A DNA stretch of 62,197 nucleotides, filler included, from Octopus bimaculoides (lineage: Eukaryota): the NCBI RefSeq assembly GCF_001194135.2. It is 8 parts of 8 records of this genome, joined end to end, with 100 filler letters (N's around TTAATTAATTAA, not from the genome) between each part and the next. Parts side by side here need not be neighbours in the genome. Positions count along the whole stretch, not along the records: positions 47,713 to 54,982 come from NC_068991.1; positions 55,083 to 58,537 come from NC_068985.1; positions 58,638 to 60,289 come from NW_026433983.1; positions 60,390 to 62,197 come from NW_026300929.1; 4 more parts are not named here. One strand, 5' to 3'. How positions within the stretch are numbered: the first letter of the stretch is position 1; each line of letters starts with the position of its first letter. Both the position numbers and the translations under genes were made by a program. The notes beneath the pieces were generated by a model, which saw only the letters and a list, made by a program, of their open reading frames with translations, did not search any database and had not been told where the DNA came from. Below are positions 49,651 to 62,197 of this stretch, piece after piece.

Positions 49651-49842
49651 GTATTTCAGGAGATGAATATATTTCTGAAGTTATCTGAGGGCCTCAGTTT
49701 TCCTATTTACCTAGCATTTAATTCAAGAACCATGAATAAATCTTGGGACATTTTAGTGAGAAAGATGTTAATAATTGCGTTTGTACGTGTCCTTGTGTCC
49801 TATCTGCCTGCCTGTGTGTGTATATATCACCACCATCATCAT

Positions 49843-50060
49843 TATCATCATCTTCATCATCATCATCATCATCATCATCATTATCGTTTAACCTTTGTTT
49901 CCCATGCTGTCATGGGTTGGACAGTTCAACAAGATCTGACAAGATGAATGACTCTGTTGTGCTCCGATGTCTCCTTTTTTTTTCTTCAAACGGATGCCCT
50001 GTCCAATATCAACTAATTTATTGAGTGTAATAGGTGCTTCTTTCATGGTTCCAGCACTAG
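49843..50060 (-). mobile_element. RTE-type LINE 3' tail fragment
   Basis: (CAT)n then cgtttaac...ccatgctgtcatgggttggacag...ggatgccct, the reverse complement of the tail at 5655-5800. Confidence 0.65.
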
Positions 50061-50456
50061 TGAACTCGCAAGTCTAAGGGCCTAAAGTGGACCCTATAAC
50101 CGAAAGAGCGATGCAGATTGTGGTGATTTTACATTGGATTGTTGAGAGAAGGTAAAGAAAGATGTGAGAATAAGATTTATGGTTGTGAGACAATGGATGT
50201 GGAGAGAGTAATAGAGCAGAGAATGTTGTGAGAGGGAGCAGCATGACAGAGGAGAGAGGAAGGTTTCAATGTCTGTCAGGGCTTAGTGAGAAGGGGGTGG
50301 GGAACATATTAGGAAAGTGCTCAGGTGTCTTGTGTATGGAGTTCTGGGTTATTCTATGTTAGGAGATGAATATGGAGAGAAAGCAGGAAGGAAAGTGGCT
50401 GAGAAATCAAGACAGAGTCATTGAAGCAAAGAGAGGAATGGGTGTTATGGGGTTAG

Positions 50457-50499
<43 letters not shown>

Positions 50500-51262
50500 T
50501 GGGAGGGTGTACTGAGGTAGTGAAGAAGCTACGGGAAGAGGACCATGAGAAGAAAATGAAGTAGATGGTGGGAGGTGTAGTGAGAGTATGAGAACAATGA
50601 GGGAATGATAGGCTGATGGTTCTGACCAGTAGAAAGAACACAACCACAAACTGATTCTATTGGTGTGCTTATCTTTAGGGAAAAAAATTTCCTTAATAAC
50701 TTCCTTTCCACAGCCCAATGTAATTATTTCAATACTTCGGCATCAGTTTCCATTTTTTCTGTCTACTACATGGTCAGTCACAGACATGTCCTGATTATTC
50801 GAAGCAAGTGGAAAACCTTTGTAATAATTCTTTGCTACGTTAGTAACATGTTACTCCTAAAAACTATCTGAGAATGGTGGGGTACTTCTATCTTTTGACT
50901 ATTAGAGCACACATTCCACTCCCCCATCCGGCATCCATTTATCTGCCATATTATAACAGTCCAAGGGTAAATAATACACTAGATATATTTTCCACATTAA
51001 ACTACTTAGGGATCCAGATTTTTGCACCACCCATTCATATACATGTGCACACATGCATGCACATGTGTATGCTCACACACTCACACACACATACTTTATT
51101 TCGTTCTTTTTCCATCTACAGAATTCCACATACATGGCATTTTCCCAAGGATCCATACACAGGGTTTAATCTGGAACCATGTGGCTATTAGCTGATTCTT
51201 AACCACATAACTATGCCTACTTGTGTGTGTGTGTGTATATATATATGTAATGGGTGTGTGGT

Positions 51263-51316
<54 letters not shown>

Positions 51317-51381
51317 CAACACACACATACATTTATTTATATTATTATGTATATGTGTATATATACATTTATATTTACACA

Positions 51382-51431
<50 letters not shown>

Positions 51432-51433
<2 letters not shown>

Positions 51434-52239
51434 GGGTGTGATGGGTAAATTGTCGCCATTTTATATTTTTAATTTCACGCATGTGCATTGTTTTTTGATT
51501 TTGTCAGCTTCACAGTATGGAAGGGTCAGTTGGGCACTGTCTGCACTATGAAACTTTTGAACTAACTCAAGTGTCACTTCCAACTAAACATGCTTTAGTT
51601 TTTCTCAGACAAGAAAAATTACTGCCAAGATCAGATGGTGAACACACAGAACAACTGTTGGCCTGCTGTGTCCCCAAAACATGTACCGAGAGTGATAAAA
51701 ATAGAACATCCATTCAACATCATGATGTTTAGCCTACATGAAGTGCCTGGAGGAGGTAATGCTGCCCTGGGTCAAGAGGGTGGCTGCTGGAAGACCCTGT
51801 GTCTGGCAACAAGACCCTGCAACATGCCACACAAGCAGGAGAACCCAGTCATGGCTGTCAGACAATTTCTATGACCACATCACCCCTGACATCTGGTCAC
51901 TTAACTGCCCAGACTGCAACCCACTTGATTACTATTTGTGGGGCACAGTTGAGCGAGAGACAAGCAAAACTCTTTCAACCACCAAAGATGAACTGAAGGC
52001 AAAGATTATGGCAACATTCACCAACTTAAGCAAGGAGATTGTCCAGAAGAGTTGCAGGAAATTCCGAAGCTGTCTGGGGGGCTGTGGATGAAGCCAATGG
52101 AGATTTTATTGAATAAATTTACTCTTTAGTATTTCAAGATATTTTTATGTAATTTTGATAAATATATCTGTTAAAGTAAGACATCAGTGTTAATTTCAAT
52201 TTTGCATAATTTAGACTACAATTTATTCACTGCACCCTG
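51432..52239 (+). mobile_element. Internally deleted Tc1/mariner element of the DD37D (maT) family
   Basis: TA TSDs at 51430-51431 and 52240-52241. TIRs cagggtgtgatgggtaaattg / caatttattcactgcaccctg. Transposase remnant FFSDKK...[46 protein letters not shown] has 37 residues between the second and third Asp. N-terminal DNA-binding region is missing; length 808 bp. Confidence 0.9.
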
Positions 52240-52333
52240 TATATANNNNNNNNNNNNNNNNNNNNNNNNNNNNNNNNNNNNNNNNNNNNNNNNNNNNNNN
52301 NNNNNNNNNNNNNNNNNNNNNNNNNNNNNNNNN

Positions 52334-52377
<44 letters not shown>

Positions 52378-52383
52378 CTGCAT

Positions 52384-52675
52384 CAGTTGTGATGACAAGA
52401 GTTCCAGTTGATCCGATCAAAGGAACTACTTGCTTGTGGAAATTAAGGTACGAGTGGCTCAGACATGTATATCCTGAATGTAGTTCTCAGGAAGGTTTAG
52501 CACAGAGTGTGACAAGGCTGGTTCTTTGAAATACAGGTACTAATCATTTTTGCCAGCTGAGTGGACTGGAGTAACGTGAAATAAAGTGTCTTGCTCAAGG
52601 ACAGAACACGTCACCGGGAATTGAATTCACAACCTTATGTTTGTGAGCCAAATGCCCTAACCACTAAGTCACGTG
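52384..52675 (-). mobile_element. tRNA-derived SINE type D (shares its 3' tail with type C)
   Basis: Tail gttccagttgatccgatcaa..ggaac...gtgtgacaaggctgg..ctttgaaatacaggtac as in 29047-29240, but a different body (ccttgagcaagacactt on minus) and head (ttagtggttagggcattt...gtgaattcaattccc). Confidence 0.8.
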
Positions 52676-52804
52676 TGTATGTGTATGTATGTGTACCCAC
52701 ACACACATTTATACATATACATATATATACATATCTATGATAGCCATCCACTCGTGACTGAGGAAGACCATTGCTCACCTTCAGGAACATTGTGCACTCT
52801 AGGA

Positions 52805-53126
52805 CTAACTTATATTTTGCATTTGCGACTCCATGGGTAGCTAGTGAGCCCTGCTATTGACAAGTATACATGACTGCAAGCATTTCAAACCAAGCTTTTC
52901 CCATTCACTATACTAGATGTGCACTTTCGAGCAGCACGCTTAAGTTCTTCATGCAGAACACATGCTCTCTCTCAAAAGTGTCGACCCCCTCCTTAACCTG
53001 CTTCCTCCATCTGTGGCGATGACAGGCATTGCTCTGCCAGTCAGTCTCCTGCATATCACAGGCCTTTAATGAGGACTTCACATGGTCCTGAAATCAGAGC
53101 CTTGGTTTCAGCCAGGGTCTCTTTCC
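52805..53126 (-). mobile_element. RTE-clade LINE ORF C-terminal fragment
   Basis: GKRPWLKPRL*FQDHVKSSLKACDMQETDWQSNACHRHRWRKQVKEGVDTFER fits the RTE/BovB-type ORF end (KD.LK.SLK...W...A.DR..WR..V..G...FE). Confidence 0.7.
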
Positions 53127-53142
53127 ATTAACAAGTTCCATT

Positions 53143-53347
<205 letters not shown>

Positions 53348-53730
53348 AACTTGAGTGTTAACCACCATATGACGGATAACTTAGCAATTATATATTTGCC
53401 ACTATGGGTATTACCAGAAAGCATGGCATCCATGCAATAATTCTAATTAAAGTGTTCACTAATTTTCACGACAAAGATACTTATCTTGAAATAAAACAAA
53501 ACAGATTTCTCATTTACGTAACTGTTCCTATAACAACTCTGTTGTTTACTCCCGCTCTCCCTTTTCTCGTATCTATATAATTCTTTCTCTCTTACCTGTT
53601 ACTAAGCATAGCATATGTATCACCCCTCTCTATAGTCCTGTGACTGGGACAGCAAGAAAGCCACCAATCAACATTTATATCAGCTATTATTTACACTCAC
53701 ACATGTTCATGTCCACAGACACACACACAG

Positions 53731-53824
<94 letters not shown>

Positions 53825-54139
53825 TTATACACACACATATATATATACATATATATATATGTGTGTATGTATGTGTATATACAAACATGTGTATGTTAGT
53901 ATATATGTATACACATATACATATATACATATATACACACACATATATATACATACATACACACACACATATATATNNNNNNNNNNNNNNNNNNNNNNNN
54001 NNNNNNNNNNNNNNNNNNNNNNNNNNNNNNNATATATATATACATACATACACACACACATTGGCATGATGTGTGTATGTATAAATAAAGTATATATGTT
54101 TTCTGTAAAATTATACATAAGAACACTTAGAAATTACTT

Positions 54140-54450
54140 GGAAAAGCACTCAATATGGCAGCCAATCATGGAATTCATACCACAACAGATACTGGGGCAG
54201 AATCCTATTCTTGGGCCCCATCAGACCTTGTCGAAATGTCCAACCCATGGCAGCATGGAACATGGATGTTAAATGATGATGATGATATGATGATGGTGAT
54301 ATATCATCATCATTTTTACATCCATTTTCCCATGGTTGCATGTAACAAATGTGGCTGGATGCCTTTCCTGTTGCCAACACACACCTGTTCCAAAGTAGGG
54401 CAATATTTCCTCATAACCAGACATGTTTCCATGGAAAATTTGGAACGAAG
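54140..54450. mobile_element. Two RTE-type tail fragments in tail-to-tail orientation
   Basis: Plus copy ends ccaacccatggcagcatggaacatggatgttaaatgatgatgatgat (to about 54290). Minus copy starts catcatcatttttacatccattttccc...ggatgcctttcctgttgccaac (from about 54302). Confidence 0.6.
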
Positions 54451-54559
54451 AACACTAAATATATGACAATGACACACATTCATATAAATACGCACGCACG
54501 CACACACGCACACACACACACACACACACATATACACCAGTACCAAAACTAGAGAAGAA

Positions 54560-54969
54560 ATTTCAGGGGTGGAAGCAAGGTCTGGAATGGAAGGGCCTAA
54601 GTGTCTTAATAAATAGGAAAACAAACATATCACAGATCCCTTCAGGGAGATGGCCCTGTTCAGTATGTAGAAAATAGACACCTTGAAGTGTCCGAGGGGA
54701 TCCTTAGAAGTGGTAGACAGTTAGCTATGGTGGAGGTTGTTCCGAGGGCATAGCTGCTAGAATAAGAATGGGCTGGGCAAAGTTCAGAGGGTTACTCCTT
54801 CTGTTAGTAATAAAGGGGATCTCTTTCAGAGTGGAAAGTAGATTGTATGATGCCTGTGTATGAACAGCTGTGCTACATGGCAGTGAGACATGGGCTGTGA
54901 CTACAGAAGATATGCAAAGGCTTGAAAAGAATGAAGCCAGTATGCTTCACTGGATGCGAAATATCAGTG
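54560..54969 (+). mobile_element. RTE-type LINE reverse-transcriptase C-terminal fragment
   Basis: W KQGLEWKGL..., GGGCSEGIAARIRMGWAKFRGL...RLYDACV*TAVLHGSETWAVTTEDMQRLEKNEASMLHWM, containing the RTE L.GSETW motif. Confidence 0.85.
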
Positions 54970-55083
54970 TGTGTGTGTATATNNNNNNNNNNNNNNNNNN
55001 NNNNNNNNNNNNNNNNNNNNNNNNNNTTAATTAATTAANNNNNNNNNNNNNNNNNNNNNNNNNNNNNNNNNNNNNNNNNNNNA

Positions 55084-56334
55084 TCAAGTCATCCCATAAG
55101 TTCTGTCCAAATTTTGAATAAAGAAAACAACTGATCAAATGTTATATTTAGTTGAAATTTAATCATCATATTACTCTCTCTGATTATCTATGACTTCCTT
55201 CCATATATTTACAAGCTTTTAAATCCCATCGATGTAAAACTCTGTTGGTTTCAAAGCGAAGAACTCTGAAATATCAGCTTCGACCTCCTCCTGGCTTGCA
55301 AAAGTATGTCCCCCAAATGATTCTATAAACTACGAAACAAATGGTAGTCTGAAGGAGCAAGGCCGGGAGAATAAATTGGATGATAAATTTTCACCCAACC
55401 AAGCTCTTCGAACTTCTATGATGTGATCTTTGCAGTGTGGGGTCGCGCATTTTCCTGATGAAACATCACTCCTTTTCGATTCACTAAAACGGGTCTTTTT
55501 TTCTTCAAAGCTTGATTAAAACGCTCTAATTGCTTCACAGTAGATTGTGCATTGATTTTTGCATTAGGTGGTAACAATTCAAAGTAAATTCTCCTTTGCA
55601 ATCCAACCAGATAGAGAGAAGAACCTTTTTCCCATGAAGTTCCCTTCTCGGTTGTGGTTGAGCTTTTTCCCTTTTACAAAGCCGCAGTTTACGACGTTTA
55701 ACATTTCGATAGAAGATCCATTTTTCGCCACCAGTCACAAGTCTATCCAAAAAGAGTGAAATAGGTTCGTGAGAAGAGCAGATGTCAACTCCGGATTTGC
55801 GGTTGCTTTCGGACAAATCATGAGGCACCCATTTTCCAAGTTTAGGAAACGTTCCAAGTTGTTGAAGTTGACAATGAACAGTTGTTTGGTTTGAACTAAG
55901 CTTTATTGCTAATTCTTCAACTGATAATGCAGGATTTTCTTCAAGTAATGCCTCAAGGAGCTTATCATCAAACTCAACTAGACGTCCTGTTCGATCTTCA
56001 TATACATTTCTGAATTTTGCAAACCATCTTCTGCAAGTTCTTTCCCATAAACTGAGTGTATGTTTCGAGTCGCTTCGGCTGCAGAGTTACCTTTTTTGTA
56101 CTCATAAAGCATTATATGCCTCAAATACTCTTTGGATACTTCTATGTTAGAAAGGATTTTAATCAAAGAAATTTTAACTCCATTATTCTGTAAAATAATA
56201 TATATATTTAGTTTAAATTTATACAAATGCATAAAAATAATTTTTAATTCCATTAGGCATTCTAAGATCCTATTAAATTTCATTCAATTTTTTAAAAAAA
56301 GGTCAAATTGGACAGAACTTATGGGGTGACCTGA
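55084..56334 (-). mobile_element. Near-full-length, inactivated mariner (DD34D) transposon
   Basis: TIRs tcaagtcatcccataagttctgtccaa / ttggacagaacttatggggtgacctga, with TA at 56335-56336; 1251 bp. Motifs VTGGEKW, FHQENARPH and YSPGLAPSDYHLF, with 34 residues between the second and third acidic positions. The first two catalytic Asp read G and E, and there are several stops and frameshifts. Confidence 0.92.
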
Positions 56335-56369
56335 TATATATATAAATACACACATGACGGACTTCTTTC

Positions 56370-56500
56370 ATTTTCCTTCTACCAAATCCAGTCACACGGC
56401 CGTCGTCATCCTGAGATGTCAGTTGCCTAAAATGCAGCGCTGTAGGACTGAACTGCGAACCATGTGGTTGGAAAGCAAACTTATTTCCACTCAGCCACAC
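56370..56500 (-). mobile_element. SINE type A-like head fragment
   Basis: ggactgaactgcgaaccatgtggttggaaagcaaacttatttccactcagccacacct. Confidence 0.65.
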
Positions 56501-57355
56501 CTATTTTTGAATTTCTTCATTATTAGTTTGGTTATTTCTATAGAACCAGTTGTTCGTGCTTTAATCTTTCAACGATGTTAAATTTAGAAACAGAATTAAA
56601 TTTTAAAATTATTAAAATGAACCTAAAAATGAAAACAGGCAGAAACGAAAGAAAACCCGCAAAAATATGGAGAGAGTTGTTTTGATGAAGAGAGTGAGAG
56701 AGAGAGGGAGTGAAAGAGAGTGTGTGTTTGCGTGAAGAGAGAGACAAGAAGGACAACGAAGACAATGAAAGAGAAGGTAGGGGAAAAAGAAGTAGAAAAA
56801 GAAGTAGAATGTAGAGAGTGGATTAGTATCAGAGAATGTGAAAAGGGGTAGACAGAAAAATTGCTTCTAAGGATTGTAAAGAATGGAAATTTCCAGAGTC
56901 TAAATGCATGTTTAAAGTGAGAAGAGATGAGAGAGGACGACAGGGAAGGAAGTGGAGAGACTTAATGCTTGAGACGAAGAAAGCAGGGAGGAAAGAAAAC
57001 ATAACGGTGATTGTGGGTGAAATGTGAGGAAGGAAAGAGATTAAAAGGAAGAAATTACAAAATGAACGTTTAAACTAAGAAAAAATATGAAAACACAGTA
57101 TCATAGATATAGATGAGAATGAGAGAGGGAAGGCGAGGTAGATAGATAGAAAGAGTGGGGGTAGAGGCAGAGGGAGAATAAGAATATATGTGTTTGTGAT
57201 TGGTTGTGTGATTGTCTGTGGATGTGAGGATGAAGTGGGTGTCAATACTGGAAGGCGAGATAAACGCAAAGAAGGAATATTATCAACATTAGTGAAAAAG
57301 AAGTGCGAAGTAGAGTGAAATATAATAGCAAATGGGGTATGTGAAAGAAAAAGAC

Positions 57356-57492
<137 letters not shown>

Positions 57493-58493
57493 CTATACGA
57501 ATATACATATATGTATTTGTGTATAGAGGAAGAGGCTGAGGGAATGCGTACAATGAACTGCACAAACGTAAAAGGTAAGAAAGGCGACCAGACAGAAAAT
57601 TACATCCACTGAAGGAATGGTGGGTCACACACAGACATCAAATCAGTGTCACACGCACTGAAAACACTTCAAACATCAAGACTGCAAAATCTTGCACACA
57701 GTAGACACTCCAATATACCATAGACACAAATTTAAGCATATACATAAGCAATCTTGCGCACATGATCATGTACATGCAAAAACATACCTAAACAAACGAC
57801 GGATAAAATCGACAAAACAAATCATTCTCCACTACATACTCAGACACACACCCACACATGCTCCACACATGCACATCCCACATACACTAACCTCCCATAC
57901 AGTCCCCCATAGATATAAGTACACGCATTGCTTAAATCATGCCATGTTTCAACACATATGCACATGGCACTACTTCACACCCGCAACGGAACGCACATCC
58001 AGATAGACGCAGACATATATCCAGAAACAGGTTCACACGTATTCAAATGCACAAAAATATTCCACAAGACTGTTACTTCATGAAAACTGCGAGAAGTTAA
58101 ATATTAAATGAAGAGAATAGTAACTAAATCAATTATACGTTTGACAATTTTAATTTTTTAAAAATTCTCCTTTCATTATTTGGAAGAGAGCATTGTGAAT
58201 GGTGAGAGTAGTTTGGAGGATAAAATGGAGAGGAGAAAGCAACTTGTTGGCGGAGATCGTCGTCGGAATCCATACCAATGAGACTATTTCAACAAATCAT
58301 TAAAAATACAGTTGGGTGTGGTATATACAGAAGTCTTCCTACATCAGCTGCTCACACACACGCGCGCGCGCACACAATACACACACATATACACACATAC
58401 ACACATACACACACACAAAACAAACGCACAAATGCACACACAAGTAATTGTTTGCATCCATGTATTTATATGCCTATATATATAAATATATAC

Positions 58494-58537
<44 letters not shown>

Positions 58538-59494
58538 NNNNNNNNNNNNNNNNNNNNNNNNNNNNNNNNNNNNNNNNNNNNTTAATTAATTAANNNNNNN
58601 NNNNNNNNNNNNNNNNNNNNNNNNNNNNNNNNNNNNNGGGGCAAAATGTTTACCATAATAGCTTCAGAGCAACTATGACGTTTGTAAGAGAAATTTGGTT
58701 GACAGAAACCACGTTGAAGCCGACATGTTTGAAAGAATTTAATCGTCGTTTTATTTAGACTACTTTCTCGCACGTCTTTCACTCCTTGTACTATAATATT
58801 TAATCCTAGTTTTGCTGACGTAATGGAAATTCATTCCTAATTCATTAGACCCATACAACATACAACCAAAGCATAAAACTTTTAAAGTAACATTATATTT
58901 ACGTACATCAGTACATAATCGTAACGCATTAATTTTAGTAGCCAAGCAGACGACAATAAATCCATTCACACATAATTTATATAATCAAATAGATGTATAT
59001 CTTTCTTGAGTTTTTTAAATGGAAAGAAAGTATATCGTATAACACATAATATTTTTGGTATTTTCTGGAAAGTTTCTTTTTGTTCTTCATTAATTCTTTC
59101 GACGCAGACACCCAGTACTACCACATTCATTTGTATCTTCTTGGTTTCCAGCCTCCTTCAAACATTCTGTCTTTTCTTTTACCATCCGCTCGTCTCTCTC
59201 GTTCTCTCTTGATGTCCCCATCTACAATTTCCCTGTTCTTCAGCATATTCAATTTCCATGCTTTTCAGTGAAGGCGCGGGTGGCTTGGGTACTGGGCTAA
59301 CTATAACAAGGTATTGAGTTTGATTTGAAGAACGGACGATGCGCTGTGTTCTTAAACAAAGCAATCGTTTCGGGTTGCTGCAGTCTACTTAACTGAATAT
59401 TAGTACCAGTCGACCACAGTGGCGGACCTCTCATCCTCTAGCTGAGTGTTTTTTCAACACTTCCTTCTGTATATTTCAACACGTCTATCTGCAT

Positions 59495-59900
59495 ATTTAT
59501 TTCTTTATTGCCCACAGGGGGATAAACATAAAGGAGACAAACAAGGACAAAAGGATTAAGTCTCCAGTGCGTAACTGGTACTTATTTAATCGATCCCGAA
59601 AGGATGAATGACAAAGTCGACCTCGGCGGAATTTGAACTCAGAACATGAAGATAGACGAAATACCGCTAAGCATTCCACCCGGTGTGCTAACATTTCTTA
59701 TTTCTTTACTACCCACAAGGGGCTACACAGAGAGGGGACAAACAAGGACAGACAAACAGATTAAGTCGATTATATCGACCCCAGTGCGTAACTGGTACTT
59801 ATTTAATCGACCCCGAAAGGATGAATGGCAAAGTCGACCTCGGTAGAATTTGAACTCATGAAATACCGGCATGCTATCGTTTCTGCCAGCTCGCTGCCTT
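59495..59900 (-). mobile_element. Tandem dimer of SINE type B (alternative tail)
   Basis: Two consecutive units (about 59495-59698 and 59699-59900), each with ccagtgcgtaactggtacttatttaatcga.cccgaaaggatgaat..caaagtcgacctcgg..gaatttgaactc. Confidence 0.85.
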
Positions 59901-59945
59901 GTCACGTCTGTATATTACCGCGCAGTTAAATCCAGACATATAGAT

Positions 59946-60289
59946 CGGTGGTTCACAACGGGATCCCATCTGACCCTGGAATTCCATATGAAACTTTTGT
60001 GGGTATACATAAGCAAAATAGTAAATTAGGGGCGCAGTATTATTTTGAGGGTCTTTCTCTAATGTTTTATATAGTTCAACTTTCATAAGAGAATGTGTGA
60101 ATAACAAACAAGGAATTCAGAAAGAAGTTTCTAATGAAATGGTGAATGGGTCCACCAGAATAAAATAGCAATGAGAGGGATCCATAGAAAAAAAAATGGT
60201 TGAGAACCCTTTGTCTACCCCTTTAGTCCAGTGGTTCTCAACCGGAGTTCACATGACCCCTGAGGGTTCATATAAGATTTGGGGCGGGG
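59946..60289. mobile_element. hAT (Charlie-like) MITE (59946-60210) followed by the start of a second copy (60229 to gap)
   Basis: Ends cggtggttcacaac / ggttgagaacc. The second copy starts CAGTGGTTCTCAACC, a typical hAT/Charlie terminus. Confidence 0.6.
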
Positions 60290-60546
60290 NNNNNNNNNNN
60301 NNNNNNNNNNNNNNNNNNNNNNNNNNNNNNNNNTTAATTAATTAANNNNNNNNNNNNNNNNNNNNNNNNNNNNNNNNNNNNNNNNNNNNGGTAAGGGCAA
60401 GTGCGGCAGCGTGGACGGGAGCAGGGGAAAGAGCCAGGTTGGGAGGTTGGGTTGGGGAAGAAGCTGTGGACCAAGAGGTCCCGTAGGTTGTGGGCTCGTT
60501 TGAAGGAGGGGAGGGGTCGATTAGGGAAGATGTGACGACAAGATTC

Positions 60547-60690
60547 TTTCAGTTTCTACCAAATCCACGCACAAAGCTTCGGCCAGCCCGAGGCTAGAAT
60601 ATAAGACACTCGTACAAGATGCCATGCACTGGGACTGAACCCTGAACCATGTGACTGGGAAGCGAGCTTCTTACCACACAACTATACCTC
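60547..60690 (-). mobile_element. SINE type A head fragment
   Basis: ctttcagtttctaccaaatccac.cacaaagc...gggactgaaccctgaaccatgtgactgggaagcgagcttcttaccacaca. Confidence 0.8.
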
Positions 60691-61423
60691 CTCGACACGA
60701 CAACTGATGTTGTATAGCCACTGGAATCGGAATCCTTGCGTACATCGTACAGTGCAGGTTATACATGCGTTAGGTGATTGTTCAGATAAATACAAAACGC
60801 CGGTGTTAATAGCGTTAATGAGAATAGTATTGAGATACTCGTCCACAAACGTTACACTAAATAAGGAAATGTTTAGAATAAATTAAGCACTAATTAACAA
60901 TGGATATTCTAATGACCTAATAGGCGAAACCCTAGAATAATTCAACGCCACGAATACATTAGATGCCTTACTAATTAGAAATGCACAAACTACACATAAA
61001 GTGCAAGTTGTTATTGTATGAATGAAATACATCTGAGCTATAGAATTGACGAAGCCATGTGAATCTAAACCACTGAAGAATCTATTAGGGACGAATGTGA
61101 TTGATAAATTCAATTGTAAATTTCATGAAGCCAACAATTAGGCCATACTGCTACGACGTTCGCTAGTTGACTGACTGTGCACTTTAATAAACATACTGAC
61201 AATGTTTAGTAGTTGCAAACCAACGTAAATCGTCCCTTCAGTCGACTCAGCATGCGTTTTCAGCAAAGTGTGCCTTGCAATACACTACAACACAGAGCAT
61301 GAAAAGGATAATCCAGATAAAAAAACGTACTCCCAGTAAAAACTGATGAAGAACCATGACAACAATCTCTACGGTTGCGCTGCTTTCGAAGATTCCCATC
61401 CAATTCCATTATTATAAATTTGA

Positions 61424-61836
61424 AAGGCGGCGAGCTGGCAGAAACGATAGCACGCCGGGCGAAATTCTTTGCCGTATTTCGTCTGTCTTTACGTTCTGAG
61501 TTCAAACTCCGCCGAGGCCGACTTTGCCTTTCGTCTTTTCGGAGTCGATAAATTAAGTACCAGTTGCGTACTGGGGTCGATCTAATCGACTGGCCCCCTC
61601 CCCCAAAATTTCGGGCCTTGTGCTTAGAGTAGAAAAGAATATAAGGCGGCGAGATGGCAGAATCGTTAGCACGCCAGGCGAAATGCTTAGCGGTATTTCG
61701 TCTGTCTTCATGTTCTGAGTTCAAATTCTGCCGAGGTCGACATTGCTTTCATCCTTTCGGGGTCGATAAATTAAGTACCAGCTGCGTACTGAGGTCGATC
61801 TAATCGACTGGTCCACCCGCCCAAAATTTCGGGCCT
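61424..61836 (+). mobile_element. Young head-to-tail dimer of SINE type B
   Basis: Units 61424-61642 and 61643-61836. Both start aaggcggcgag.tggcagaa and contain B-box-like GAGTTCAAA.TC and ccgaggtcgac.ttgc.tttc.tc.tttcgg.gtcgataaattaagtaccag. Confidence 0.92.
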
Positions 61837-61839
61837 CGC

Positions 61840-62197
61840 TCTCTTTTTTTTATTTCTCACATACACTTTCTCCTTTCTCTTCTTCATTTCTTTTCTTTCT
61901 CTCTCTCTTTCTCTTTCTCTCTCTCCTTCTGTCTTTCCTCTCTCTCTCTCTCTCTCTCTCTCGCTTCGCTGTCTGTTTTTTATCACTCTATTTTTCTCTC
62001 TTCCTCTATTTCTCTCCCTTGCTCTTTTTTACTGTTTCCTTCTCTCCTTCTCTATCTCCCTCTCTCCCTCTCTCTCTCATTTCCCATTACTTTTCCTGTC
62101 TTTCTCTTCTTCTCTGTCTATCTTTCTCTCGCTGTCCTATTTCTCCTCCTCTCAATCTCCATTCTTTTCTTTCTTCCTCTCTCTCTCTCTCTCTCTC
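61840..62197. repeat. Pyrimidine-rich (CT/CTTT) low-complexity tract
   Basis: Almost entirely C and T on the plus strand up to the window end. Confidence 0.9.

Noticed and set aside
50060-50700. Possible CR1/L2-type LINE 3' fragment on the minus strand
   Set aside because: The purine-rich segment is too degenerate, and no diagnostic motif could be read with confidence.
60840-61330. Possible old PLE fragment (LINNGYSNDLI resembles the PLE L..NGY motif)
   Set aside because: It is a single short motif in a stop-riddled frame, with no RT or GIY-YIG motif to support it.

Overview
AT-rich, microsatellite-dense eukaryotic draft-assembly DNA with many N gaps. The repeat families look like those of Octopus (inference from recalled SINE/LINE sequences, not a database search). 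Only one coding exon is well supported: the minus-strand terminal exon (2833-3020) of a papain-family (C1A) cysteine protease of the 26/29-kDa-proteinase/cathepsin L-like type, with catalytic His and Asn motifs and a downstream AATAAA. I could not find its upstream exons in the readable sequence. The rest is mostly mobile DNA: at least four tRNA-derived SINE types, RTE-type LINE fragments, Penelope-like elements (PLEs), a DD34D mariner, a DD37D maT element, piggyBac- and hAT-type MITEs, a Helentron-like HINE and several foldback elements. Almost all ORFs in the supplied track are microsatellite or N-gap artefacts. The most interesting signal is a ribozyme layer. A PLE 3' module, present twice, places a tRNA-like Pol III promoter directly upstream of a minimal type I hammerhead ribozyme. 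A second PLE family has a hammerhead with an A6U core variant. Five foldback elements have arms that begin at a hammerhead-like 3' half (GAAA + palindrome + UH).
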